From NCBI GenBank assembly GCA_963829055.1, contig CAWHHI010000011.1, positions 448,001 to 512,000 of the forward strand: 64,000 bases of DNA, read 5' to 3'. Made by a program: the position numbers and the translations under genes. Below, piece by piece: positions 33,795 through 44,424 of this stretch (positions are counted from its first letter, which is position 1; each line of letters opens with the position of its first letter). Origin of the DNA: an uncultured Gemmatimonadaceae bacterium (GTDB lineage Bacteria > Gemmatimonadota > Gemmatimonadetes > Gemmatimonadales > Gemmatimonadaceae). Below the pieces are notes generated by a model. The model was not told the DNA's origin. It saw only the letters and a list, made by a program, of their open reading frames with translations, and searched no databases.

Positions 33795-34531
33795 GAGCGA
33801 GGCCGAATTCGGCCTGTCAGTTTCGAAGCCGGAGATACGTCACCACCTGGGTCCGCCTGCCGTACGTAGAGAGCCTGTCGACGGCGGAATCTACACTGAC
33901 CCGGCGGGGCACGGCACGGAGGAGATGCGGGCGGAATTCCGCACGAGGAGGCACCCGTCGGGAGGGGCTTTCCGTGCTCCGCACCGCACCTCCCCGTTAT
34001 GCCATTCTAACGTGCCCTTCGGTGGTGCCCTTCGGGGGAAGGTGACGCGCCCAACGTCAAAGCAGGGCGCGTTCCCACACCGCGAAACCGCGATTTCATG
34101 CGTTAGGCGCGTGGATTCGAACTCAAGGCTGAAGAACGCGACTCTTGACACGCCACGTCCGGCGCACGGCGGCGACAGGCGTTGGTGGAACGCCACACAG
34201 GAGGCAGTACAGAGGCAATGTGCCCGTGCGTGCCGCGGTGCTCAACGTCGCAGAACGCGTGAGTGGTCCGACCACCAATCATCATCGCTGGGATCGCGAG
34301 CGACGATCCGCCCGCGTTAGGCGGGCGCGCGACGCCACGTGTGCCCACGCAGCCGAACCTGGTGCGTCCGTGGACCAGCCCCGACAGCGCCGGCGCTGCA
34401 ATCGCTAGAATCTCCTAATGTCCGGCCAGACCCAGCCCAGACCATAGCGCGCGCCCGTCCCGGCATTACGTTTTTGTCGCAGGCCAACGCCGCTGTCCCG
34501 CGGCGCCCGTCGCACATCCGGGAGCCACCCG

Positions 34532-35741
34532 ATGGACACGACCACCACCGATTGTCCGCTCGCTGTCACGCTCGCGGCGGCCCTCCGCGAGCAGCGCGAC
34601 ATGCTCACGAGCCGTTGGCTGCTGCGCATCGCCGACCGCGTGAATCTGACGCCCAATCGGATCTTTCCATCGGACGACCTCATTGACCACGTGCCGCTGC
34701 TGCTCCTCGGCATCGCGGACTACATTGAGGATCCGGCGCGCCCCGTACTCGCGGAGACGCCCGTCATCGCGAAGGCCATGGAGCTCGGCGCGTTGCGTCA
34801 TACGCAGGGCTTCGACGAACATCAGCTGCTCAAGGAATACGAGATCCTGGGTGGCATTCTCTTTCAGTTCGTCGCCGATACCGTCACCGAGATCGGGACC
34901 GAGTGCACACCCAGTGAGTTGGTGACCTGTGCCAGCCGACTCTTTCAGGCCATCGCCGTGATCCAGCAAGCGACGACGACCCAGTTCCTCATGCTGGCGC
35001 GCGCGCAGATCACGGAGCGTGAGGATCGACTGCGCACGTTCAACCGCACGCTCACGCACGAGCTCCGGAATCGCATCGGCGCAGCGCTCGGTGCGGCGCA
35101 GATCATGGACATGCCCGACATCGACCCGAGCGAGCGGCAGCGATTGAACGACGTCGTGATGCGGAACGTCGAGAGCATGCGCGTGGTGCTCGACAACCTG
35201 CTCGTGCTCACCGGGATCCCGATCGACACGCGACAGCAGCGTCACGTGCACTTGCCGGAAGCGGCGCAGGAAGCAGCACGTCAGGTGCGCGCGGCGGCGC
35301 GAGCGAAGAACGTCGCGATTCGCGTCGACCCGCTGCTGCCGGCCGTCGAGGTGAGCGCGGCAGCGGTGGAGCTCTGCCTAACGAATCTGCTGGCGAACGC
35401 GATCAAGTACTCCGACCCCGACGCGAGCGACCGGTGGGTCGAGGTCCGCGGTCGCCTCGAAACGCGCGACGGCGAACCGACGGAAGTCATCGTCGAAGTC
35501 GTGGACAACGGCATTGGCGTGCCGCCCGAGCGCGCGGTCGCGTCTCTTCCAGCGCTTCTTCCGCGCGCACGAAGGCGCGATGCCCGACATCGAGGGCACC
35601 GGCCTCGGGCTCAGCATCATCCGCGATACGGTCGGCGGACTTGGCGGACGCGCGTGGGCCGAGTTTCCGGAGAAGGGATCGACGTTCGCGTTCTCGCTGC
35701 CGTGCCGGCGCGAGACCGATGCCGACGCGCTGCTGGCCTAA
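34532..35741 (+). CDS. histidine kinase with N-terminal RsbRD-N-like helical domain; frameshift near 35535
   Basis: THELRN, NLLANAIKY, DNGIG, GTGLGL. Confidence 0.9.
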
Positions 35742-35772
35742 CGCCGCCAGCGGTTGGGCTGAACGCCCAGCG

Positions 35773-36223
35773 TCAGGGGTTGGGCGTTCGCACCGGCTCC
35801 CGATCCACCGAAACGCGATCGTCGTGGTGCACGCGCCACTCGCTCGCCGGCGCAGTCCCGGCCGCGAGCCGCTCATGGCTCACACCGCTCACTGGCTGAG
35901 CTGACGGCAAGTCGGCCGTCGGCCGTTGTCGGACAGCGAGCCAGACGAGCCAGAGCGCGAGTGGCGGTCCGATGAGCCACGCCATGATCGTCCCGAGTGG
36001 CGCCGAAGCGGCGAGCGTCTTCACGCCTTCTTCGACGACCGTGAAGTGGAAGACGGTGTTCTCGAATCCGGCCGTGATCGTGCCGTGGCCCTCTGGAAGG
36101 TGCGTGGCGCGCCACGACTGCGGGGATTGCCGGACCCAGCGCCACACCAGCGAGCCCGGCCCAGTACGCGGTCCAACTCGCGAGCAGCTGACCTGGACGC
36201 CACCGTCGTATCGAAAGCTCCAT
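35773..36223 (-). CDS. hypothetical two-TM membrane protein; frameshifted
   Basis: GGAGG RBS; LLASWTAYWAGL.. and WLIGPPLALWLVWL. Confidence 0.6.
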
Positions 36224-36284
36224 CGTGAGACCTCCGCGTTTCTCTCGCGCTTCACGCGCATATTACTCGCGTGTCACGCGCGTT

Positions 36285-37383
36285 TCACGTCGCCCAGCGA
36301 ATCTCGCGCTCCGTCGCGTCCTCCTCGAGAAACGCGAGCAGACGCTCCCCTTCCTCGTCCAATGCGGTGCGCACGCGCTTCGTTACCGCGCCGAAGGGCT
36401 CGATGACGAGTACCGCCGTCTTCCGCTTTCGTTCCGACTTCCACGTGCCCGCAACGATTCCATCCACGAGGAACGTCGCGCGCACCTGCAGGTTCTTGAG
36501 CGTGACGCGCGAGCGATGATCGTCGGCGACGATGCGTGTCCGGTCGTCGTGCGACAGCACGAGGTTGTCGAAGTCGGGAACGAAGCGAGCCGGTGCCAGG
36601 ACGTCCTCGTCCGGGCGCGGCGCACTCGGCAAGTCGAACAGCTCGCGCTTCCGCTCGTCGCGGAACGTGACGAGCGACGGCCGAAGCGTCTCGAACACGT
36701 CGCGGAGGCCGTTCATGCCCGACCACGCCTGCGCATCGGCGGGCGTCGCCGGCCCGAATGCGCCGAGGTACCGCAGCACGAGCGCTTCGGCTGACGCCGC
36801 CGAGGTGGAGATGCTGCGGCCGAGCCAGCCGTCGGCGAGCGCGAAATCCGCGGCGGCGGGAAATGCCCAGAGCGCGTCGGTCGGCACCTGCACGAGCGGC
36901 AGATGGGTGCGGACGGCATAACCCATCGCCCGTTCGTCGCCGTCGGGAAACTTCTGGACGAGGTGATTCCGCAGCGCGTCGAACGTTGCTGGCGTCTTGC
37001 CGAAGAACCGCCGCGCCTCCGCGATCACGGCGTCCATGTCGAACGTCGACGTGCGGTCGCGAAGGATGGACTGCGCGCCGCGCGTCAGCATCGGATGCAG
37101 GACGCCACGCATCGCGGCGTAATCGGCGGTGGTCATGAGGTGCAGCGTGCCGCGCATCGCGGTGACCCGAACGATGGTGCGCTCCTGCAGCGCGCGGGCG
37201 AGCTCGGCTCGTTGGAACCCCTGCACGCGCGTCCACAGTCCGACGAACGGTGGTCGCGCCACCTGCGCCTGCATCCCGACGAGTCGCGCGACGCCATCGA
37301 CCGCGGTGGAGGTCCTCGCGCTCGAGCAGCATCTGGCGCGCGAGCAGCGCGCGGTTGAGGGCGCGCCTGGTGAGCGTGGTCAT
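36285..37383 (-). CDS. AlkZ/YcaQ (HTH_42) family DNA glycosylase-like winged-helix protein; frameshift near 37310
   Basis: LNRALLARQ.L, MQAQ (QxQ), MRGTLH, RYLGAFGPAT, PDFDN, LVDG.VAGTW. Confidence 0.9.
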
Positions 37384-37427
37384 GTGATGCGGGAAGTCTG
37401 CAGAGTCGTCAGCCCGAGCGGCGGCGT

Positions 37428-37535
37428 TGTCATCCCGAGGAGCAACAGCGACGAGGGATCTTCTCGAACGTCATCGTGGCCGGCCCTAGCTACGATACCA
37501 TCACAGGAGATCCCTCGCTGCGCTCGCGGATGACA
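37428..37535. repeat. REP/MITE-like palindrome (family B, copy 2)
   Basis: TGTCATCCCGAGGAGC..GACGAGGGATCT..AGATCCCTCGCT..GGATGACA; internal GCTACGATACCATCACAG shared in inverted form with 20735-20875. Confidence 0.85.
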
Positions 37536-37538
37536 ATC

Positions 37539-38366
37539 CTACCAGCGGCGCGCGAAGCCAGCGCCGACGAAGTAATCCGTATCGGCCCCGTTGAAGCCGA
37601 CGCCCGCGCGAACGTCCAGCTGAAAGTTTGGCGTCAGGCCCGCCGTGAGGCCCGCGTTCCCGTACGCGCTGCGCGACGCCCCATCGAGCCTCGGATCGAA
37701 GCCGAAGACCTCGGCGTACATGCCGTAGCGCTCGGTGAGCGACACGCCTAACGATCCACTCGCCGCCCACTCCATGTACCGCTGACTCTCCTCCACCCCC
37801 CACCTGGCGTTGAGATTCGCGCCGAACGAGAGACGCTCGCTGAGCGTCCAGCTCGTCGCGAGCTTTGCCTCGGGTTGCATCGCTTGCTGCCGGAACACGG
37901 CGCTGCCCGTCGGCACACTCGTCGCGGCGAGGAGCGACACCGAGGGGACAAAGGACGGTTTCTCCGGCCCATCGTGCAGCCGGACCTTCATCCCCACGGC
38001 CGCATCCTCGAAACCGTCCACGTCGCCGTCGGGCGACGTGATCGTCGAGTACGACCCGATGTCCAGCCGAAGCTCTGCGCGTTGAGCAACGCCAATCCGC
38101 ACCAACGCCTCACCGGCGGTGTTGATCGTGTACGCATTGATACGCGTGAGCGTGTAACCGCCCTCGAGTTGCACGCGTTTCGGCGCTACGGTTTCGACCG
38201 CCTCCGTGAAGTCCGGGCGATCGGACACGAGCGCGACCTCACCCGGTCGAGCGGTCGCGCAGCCAGCGCTGAACCCTAACGCGACGACGAACGCGACGTG
38301 GCGCGGGACGCCACCACGACCAAAAACACGACGCGTGTTGTGCGACTCGCGGTCGGTTGGGTTCAC
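37539..38366 (-). CDS. outer-membrane transporter, MetA-pathway of phenol degradation family
   Basis: SDRPDFTE..TV..VQLEGGY; beta-strands; aromatic C-terminus. Confidence 0.8.
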   Translation of the reverse strand: MNPTDRESHNTRRVFGRGGVPRHVAFVVALGFSAGCATARPGEVALVSDRPDFTEAVETVAPKRVQLEGGYTLTRINAYTINTAGEALVRIGVAQRAELRLDIGSYSTITSPDGDVDGFEDAAVGMKVRLHDGPEKPSFVPSVSLLAATSVPTGSAVFRQQAMQPEAKLATSWTLSERLSFGANLNARWGVEESQRYMEWAASGSLGVSLTERYGMYAEVFGFDPRLDGASRSAYGNAGLTAGLTPNFQLDVRAGVGFNGADTDYFVGAGFARRW

Positions 38367-40592
38367 CGGTCGACCAGCGATTCGGCCGGCGCGGCAACGA
38401 ACCCGAGCCTGACGGCGATCGCGCAGAGACGTGCATCCGCCAGGCGTTCCGTGTCAGGGAACGCGTCGTGAAAGCGAGTCTGCACGTCGAACGGGATGTG
38501 CAGTTGCTCCAGCTCGAACAGATCGAGCAGTGCCGCGACCCGTTCGATGTCAGCGTCACTCGAGTCTTCCCTCAATCGCGTAACCGCGTCGAGGAGCGCG
38601 CTCGTCAGCTTCGCGCTGGTCTCGCCCGCTGGTGAGATGGCGCTCGTCGGTCCCGAACGCCGCGGTCACGAGCCGACGACGAATCCCCTGCACCACCACG
38701 TCGCGCTGCCGTTCCGTCATCTCCGCGAGCGTGAGCTCGATCGGCGCATGTGGCGCCGAGTCTCGCGACGCGACGCGCACGTGCGCGATGACGCTCGATG
38801 GCGCGTGGTGGCCGGCTCCGTTTCCTGGTGCATTCCCCAGTGCGCTGGATGGAACGCCCGTCACGTCCACGGCGAACACCGAGCGCTCCCCGGTGCGGCG
38901 CTGCGTCACCGTGATCCCGTCGTCCGACGCCGCCACCTCGAGCGCCTTCGCGGTCGCACGCCATCGTTCGTCGTTAGGCGCGACGGCGTGCGCCGCAGCC
39001 ACCGAGCCTGCGAGCCGCGTTACCTGATCGATATGCGGCTTGGCCATCGTCAGATAGACATCGCGGCCGGTGCCGATGCCGGGATCGTTGCTCTGTGCGG
39101 TCGCGAGGCGAGCGAGGAGCGCATCCTCGAGCCGCGCGCCGTCCGGGCCCGCGAGCTCGATCGCCCGGGCCGCATATCGCAGCACCTCGATGGGCTCGAG
39201 GCCGCCAATGTCATCGAAGAACCACGCGCACGACGTGAAGATCCGCAGCGCACCGCGTTCCATCTCCAGCAAGGACTGGGGACTCGGGACCGGGGACTGG
39301 GAAACGTCGCCTCGTGCACGCGGCGCGATTCGCTCGGCCACCCATTGAGAGATGCGTTCGGGCGTTCCGACGACCTCGCCGTAGGCATCACGCACGGCCC
39401 ACGGGTCATCGAAGTAGCGGCGCGCCTCACGCTCATAGACCGCGTGAATGCCGTCGGCGAGCTCTGCGATCGCCTCGCGCAGCGGAGCGCGCCACGCCTG
39501 ACTCGTTCCCTGGTGCATGCGACAGCTGCAGTCCGATCGCCACCGCTCCACACCGTGCGCACAACTCCACGCACTCGGCGCCACGATCTCGACGTCATCC
39601 GTCGCCGGATGCTTCGCGAGATACGAGGCGTAGTTCCCGACGTCGACGTGCTTCGTCGCCTGCAGGTCGAGCACCACGCGCGCGAGCGCCATCTCCGAGA
39701 ACCGATGGTGGTGTCCGTACGTCTCGCCGTCGGTTGCCGCGGACACGAGGCGATGCCGCCCACGGGCATGGTCGGCTGGGTCCGCGATGGCGAGCATCTC
39801 GCCCGTCGTGAGCGGGCGAGTCCCGCCGTCGCTCTTGGGATCCGGCTCCCAGTGCGCGGCGCCGACCAGTCCGCCGTCACGCGGCGTGCGCCGTCGATCG
39901 CCACGCGCGAGCATGCGCTTCGCCCACACGTTCGCGTCCCGCAGCAGCCCACCGAACGCGATGCCGTGCGAGATGTCGCCGTCGTAGATGCACAGCGTGA
40001 TCGTGCGGCCGTTGCTCGTGGTATAGCGCCCGGGGTGTCCATCGTTAGGCACCGATTTCACCTGCCCCGGCGCCACGACCGTGAAGCGCATGCCTTCCTG
40101 CGCGAGCACGTCGAGGGTCTCGTCGTCCAGCGCGGTTTCCGGCAGCCACATGCCTTCGGGGTCCCGCCCGAACCGCCGACGAAAATCGGCGATCCCCCAC
40201 CGCACTTCCGTGACCTTGTCGCGGCGGCTACTCAGTGGAAGGATCGCGTGGTGATAGGGCTGCGCGATGGCGTTACCGTGGCCGAGCCGCGCGAGGCTCT
40301 TGCGGTCGGCGTCGAGAACGCGCGCGTACGTGTCCGGCGCCGCGTGCTCCAGCCACTCGAGCAGCGTCGGCCCGAAGTTGAAGCTGATGTACTCGAGGGT
40401 GTTGACGATCTGGCTGATGCGCCCGTCCGGCGCGAGCACGCGCGCCGCGACGACGGTGCGGTAGCTCTCCTGCTCGATGCGGGAGTTCCAGTCGTGGTGC
40501 GGCGCGGCCGACGCCTCGCGCTCGATCTCTTCGAGCCACGGGTTCTCGCGCGGCGGTTGATAGAAGTGGCCGTGAATGACGATCGAACGCAT
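38363..40592 (-). CDS. DUF3536-containing GH57-related protein; frameshift near 38630
   Basis: IHGHFYQPPRENPW, SFNFGPTLL, GMWLPETA, ATDGETYGHH, WSCAHGVERW, FTSCAWFFDD. Confidence 0.92.
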
Positions 40593-40665
40593 GAACGGGA
40601 ATCGGAATGGCGGAATGGCGAACGGCGGACAGCGGTGCTGCGAGCGCGCGATGGTATCCTGCAAC

Positions 40666-42402
40666 CTATCGTGATGCCACGATCCTGCCCGCCGTCCGCC
40701 CGTCCCGCCCGATTCCCGATTCCCGATTCCCGATTCCCGACAGCACCGCTTTCACCGACTCCAGCACATCCGGAAACACATCGTCCTGCGTCCGCAGCTC
40801 GAGCGCGACATTCGTGGCGCGCTGGAGGTCGCCGGAAGCGAGGCCGTCCTCGATCGCGTCGATCAGGCGATCGCACGCGTCGGCATGCCCGTTGAAGCGC
40901 TTGATACCGTAGTCCGTCACCGCGCCCGTCGAGATGATGAACTGCCAGTCCGAAGACTGCACGAGCAGCAGCTCGCGTGCAGCCTGCGCGAGCGCGTCGT
41001 ACGCTGACGGCAACTCGATCGCCTCGCGCGCCATCGTCCAGAACCGCTCCTCGATGGTCCAGATCCTCGGCCACGTCCAGGCCGTCTGGGCGTTGAGCCA
41101 CATGCTGAAATCGCCGTTCGCGCCCCATGATCCGGTCGCGAGCCGCAGGCCGGTTCTCGCGCGGAACGTGTCGAGGTGCGTCGAGGCTGTCGCCGGCCTC
41201 ACGTTAGGTTGCTCCCGCAGCGCACGGTATACGTTGCCGAGAAATTCCGGGCCCTCGTACCACCAGTGGCCAAACAGCTCCGTGTCGAACGGCGCGACGA
41301 CGACGCCTCGGCGATGCGCCGGGTGCGTCGCCGCGATCGTCGCCAGCAGGCTCGCGAAGTGCGCGGCGTGCGCGGATGTCATGGCACTCGCGGTTGGCGG
41401 GTCGTATGGCTCCTTCTGACCAAGGTCAACGCCATTGCCCGTGACGCGCCACAGCTTCAGCCCGCCCGGCCAGCGGATCTTGTGGAACTCGAGGTAGCGT
41501 CCGTCGCCCGGATAGCCCTGGAAACGACTCCACACCTGTGCCGACGACTCCGGATCGCGGATGAACGCCGCCACGGTCTCGGACGTGTACGCCGACGTCA
41601 CGCGATAGGCGCGATACGGCGTCCGTGTCGCCTCCCACTGCGCGTCGGCCGACGCGACGTGCTCCAGTTCATTCGCCACCACCTGCCCATAGAGGCCGAG
41701 TGGGCTGCCGGCCCGCGCCATGTGCGCGTCGGCGAAGAAGAACCGGAACCCCGCATCCGCGAGGTATTCCTCGATGCCCGGGCGCGGTCCGGTGTCCGGA
41801 GCGTTAGGCAGCGGCTTCCATGGGCCGCGCGGGCGATACGCGCACTCCGGCAGCCAGCACCCGCGCGGCGCTTGGCCGAAGAGCCGCTTGTGCTCGCGCT
41901 GTCCGACGTCGAGCTGGAGTTGAATGCTCTCGTCGCGCGCGAGGAGCGGCAGGAACGCGTGCGTCGCCGCGGACCCGATGATCTCGAGCCGGCCGCGCGC
42001 CTCGAAGTCGCGGAAGACCGAGATGATGTCGCCATCGATCGAACGGAACAGTGCGCGCAACCGCGTGAGCCGTTCGCGCCAGTAGTCGACGAGCGGAATC
42101 AGGTACGTATCGCCCGTTTCCCGAAGCGATGCGGGCGCCTCATCGCAATGCGTCAGGCGCTGCTCGAAGTACAGCTCGAGCTCCGCACGGAACGCGTCGC
42201 TCGCCAACTGGTTGGCGAGCACTGGCGTGAACCCGATCGTGACGGGCGCCGTGACGCCTTCGGCTTCCATCGCCCGCAGCGTTTCGACCAGCGGCAGGTA
42301 CGTGTCGATCGCTGCCTCGGTGAGCCAGTCGCTGCCATGTGGCCAGCGACCGTGATTCAAGACGTACGGCAGATGACTATGTAGAGCGAAAACGAAATCC
42401 AT
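40666..42402 (-). CDS. GH57 1,4-alpha-glucan branching enzyme (DUF1957)
   Basis: HSHLPY, WLPEC, FDTELFGHWW, QSSDWQF. Confidence 0.93.
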   Translation of the reverse strand: MDFVFALHSHLPYVLNHGRWPHGSDWLTEAAIDTYLPLVETLRAMEAEGVTAPVTIGFTPVLANQLASDAFRAELELYFEQRLTHCDEAPASLRETGDTYLIPLVDYWRERLTRLRALFRSIDGDIISVFRDFEARGRLEIIGSAATHAFLPLLARDESIQLQLDVGQREHKRLFGQAPRGCWLPECAYRPRGPWKPLPNAPDTGPRPGIEEYLADAGFRFFFADAHMARAGSPLGLYGQVVANELEHVASADAQWEATRTPYRAYRVTSAYTSETVAAFIRDPESSAQVWSRFQGYPGDGRYLEFHKIRWPGGLKLWRVTGNGVDLGQKEPYDPPTASAMTSAHAAHFASLLATIAATHPAHRRGVVVAPFDTELFGHWWYEGPEFLGNVYRALREQPNVRPATASTHLDTFRARTGLRLATGSWGANGDFSMWLNAQTAWTWPRIWTIEERFWTMAREAIELPSAYDALAQAARELLLVQSSDWQFIISTGAVTDYGIKRFNGHADACDRLIDAIEDGLASGDLQRATNVALELRTQDDVFPDVLESVKAVLSGIGNRESGIGRDGRTAGRIVASR

Positions 42403-42419
42403 TGTTCCTTGCCGACTGC

Positions 42420-42523
42420 GCTGGTGGCTGGGTGGTTATGCTCGTGGCTGGATGACGCTGGGTGTCAGCAACAAGCCGCAACCAGCGTCACCCAGCCACC
42501 AGCACGACCACCCAGCACCCAGC
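42420..42523. repeat. GCTGG-rich inverted repeat pair (family C)
   Basis: Left arm GCTGGTGGCTGGGTGG..GATGACGCTGG pairs with right arm CCAGCGTCACCCAGCCACCAGCACGACCACCCAGC. Confidence 0.8.
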
Positions 42524-42536
42524 TTCAGTTCAACTG

Positions 42537-44340
42537 TTAGGCAACGCTTGCACCAACGTTCAATGCCCTTCTATACAGATCGCGGTAGCGAGCTTCGGAC
42601 TTCTCCCACCCGAAGTCACGCGCCATCGCTTCCCGCATCATCCCGCGCCATGCCTCCGGATCGTGATACTGATCCAGCGCTCGCACTGCCGCGTGCATGA
42701 ACTCCTCCGACGTGTAGCCGTCGAACAGGAAGCCCGTCACGCCGTCCTCGATCGTATCCGCCAGTCCACCGACGCGACGCGCCACCGGAATGGTGCCGTA
42801 GCGCTGCGCACGCATCTGCGTCAGTCCGCAGGGCTCGTACTGCGACGGCATGAGACACATGTCCGCGCCCGCCATCAGCCGGTGCTCGAGCCGATCCGTG
42901 AAGTTGAACTCACACGCGATGCGCCCTGGCGCGCGCTCCGCGAGCTCGCGCAACTCCGCCTCGTAACGCGGCTCTCCCGCGCCGAGAAACAGGAACTGCG
43001 CGTCGAGCGCGAAGTAGTCGTTGTAGCCGAGGATGAGATCGAGCCCCTTCTGATACGTCAGGCGCGCGCTCATCGCGAAGATCGGAATGTTCGCCCGCTG
43101 CTTGAGCCCGAAGATGCGCTGCAGCGACGCCTTGCATTTCTTCTTGTTCTCGAGCGTCTCGCGGCGTGTAGTGCGTCGTGATCTGTTTGTCGTTCGCCGG
43201 ATCCCACACGCGTTGATCGATGCCGTTCACGATGCCGACGAATCGGTCACGCAGCCCGATGAACGTGTCCTGCAGTCCGAAACCGCCGAACGGCGTGCGC
43301 AGCTCGTGCGCGTGCGTCGGGCTCACCGTCGTCGCCATGTCGGAGAACGTCAGGCCGCCCTTGAGGAAGTTCATCCGATCGTACCACTCGAGGTGACGAT
43401 GGGTGAACAGCTCCCACGGCAGTCCGACGTCGGCCATCGTGTGCGCCGGATACTGGCCCTGGAATCCCGCGTTATGCACCGACAGCACCGTGCGCACCTG
43501 ACGGTAGTACTGATCCGCCATGAAGTACGTGCGCAGGTACACGGACGCGAGCGCGGCATGCCAGTCGTGCGCGTGGAGAATGACCGGCGCCTCGGGCGCG
43601 ATGCGCGGCAACGCCAGCAGCGCGGCGAGCGAGAAGAATGCATAACGCCGCGGATTGTCCGGATAATCGTACCCGTTCTCACCATAGAGTCCGGGCCGAT
43701 CGAAGAAATGCGGATGATCGAGGAAGTACACGCGCGGGCTGCCGCGGGACTTCGAGCGACGGTCGGGCGTGATCTGAAACAGGCGCGCCTGCTCCTGCAT
43801 CGGGCCCACCTGCACCATGAACGGCTCGCCCACCGGCTCGAGGTTCGGCGCGACGGCGTGCACCTGGCGATAGAGCGGCATGATGATCGCCGTCGGAATG
43901 CCCGACGCCGACTGGAACTCGGCCAGACTCTTCACCGCTTCGCCAAGGCCGCCCGTCCGCGCGAACGGCGCAAGCTCGGCGACGATGTGCACCACCGATA
44001 CGATGCGTCCGTCGTCGGAGCGGAGCGGGTTGAGCGCGTCGGGGATCGCCGGCTGTGCGCCGGACCGACTCCGCACGGTGCCCGGCTCCCGAATTGACGA
44101 CGTCTGCTGGGCGTCGGCCGCTGAATACGGGTCGAGTGGGTCGACGCTCTCGGCCATCATCGTGTCGTCAGGCGCGACTGGCATGAACGATGGCCCGATG
44201 CCGACCTCGCGGTCGCCTGTGACGCCTGGCGTGGGCGGCGCCGCCGCGCCCGCCGAATACGCGATGCCCTCGGCCTCGGGATCGCGCATCGATTCACCCG
44301 TGCCCATCTCTTCCCGGCCGCCCTTCCGTCTCGCTCTCAT
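42537..44340 (-). CDS. glgA: glycogen/starch synthase (GT5) with N-terminal extension; frameshift near 43160
   Basis: ELAPFARTGGLG, HAHDWH, VHN..FQG, GIVNGID, QKG, PSQYEPCGLTQ. Confidence 0.93.
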
Positions 44341-44424
44341 TGTCTCACCGCTTTGATCTGCCGCTGCGGATTCCAGCCATCCGTTGACCGACCGATTCCC
44401 GATTCCCTATTCCCGATTCCCGAC

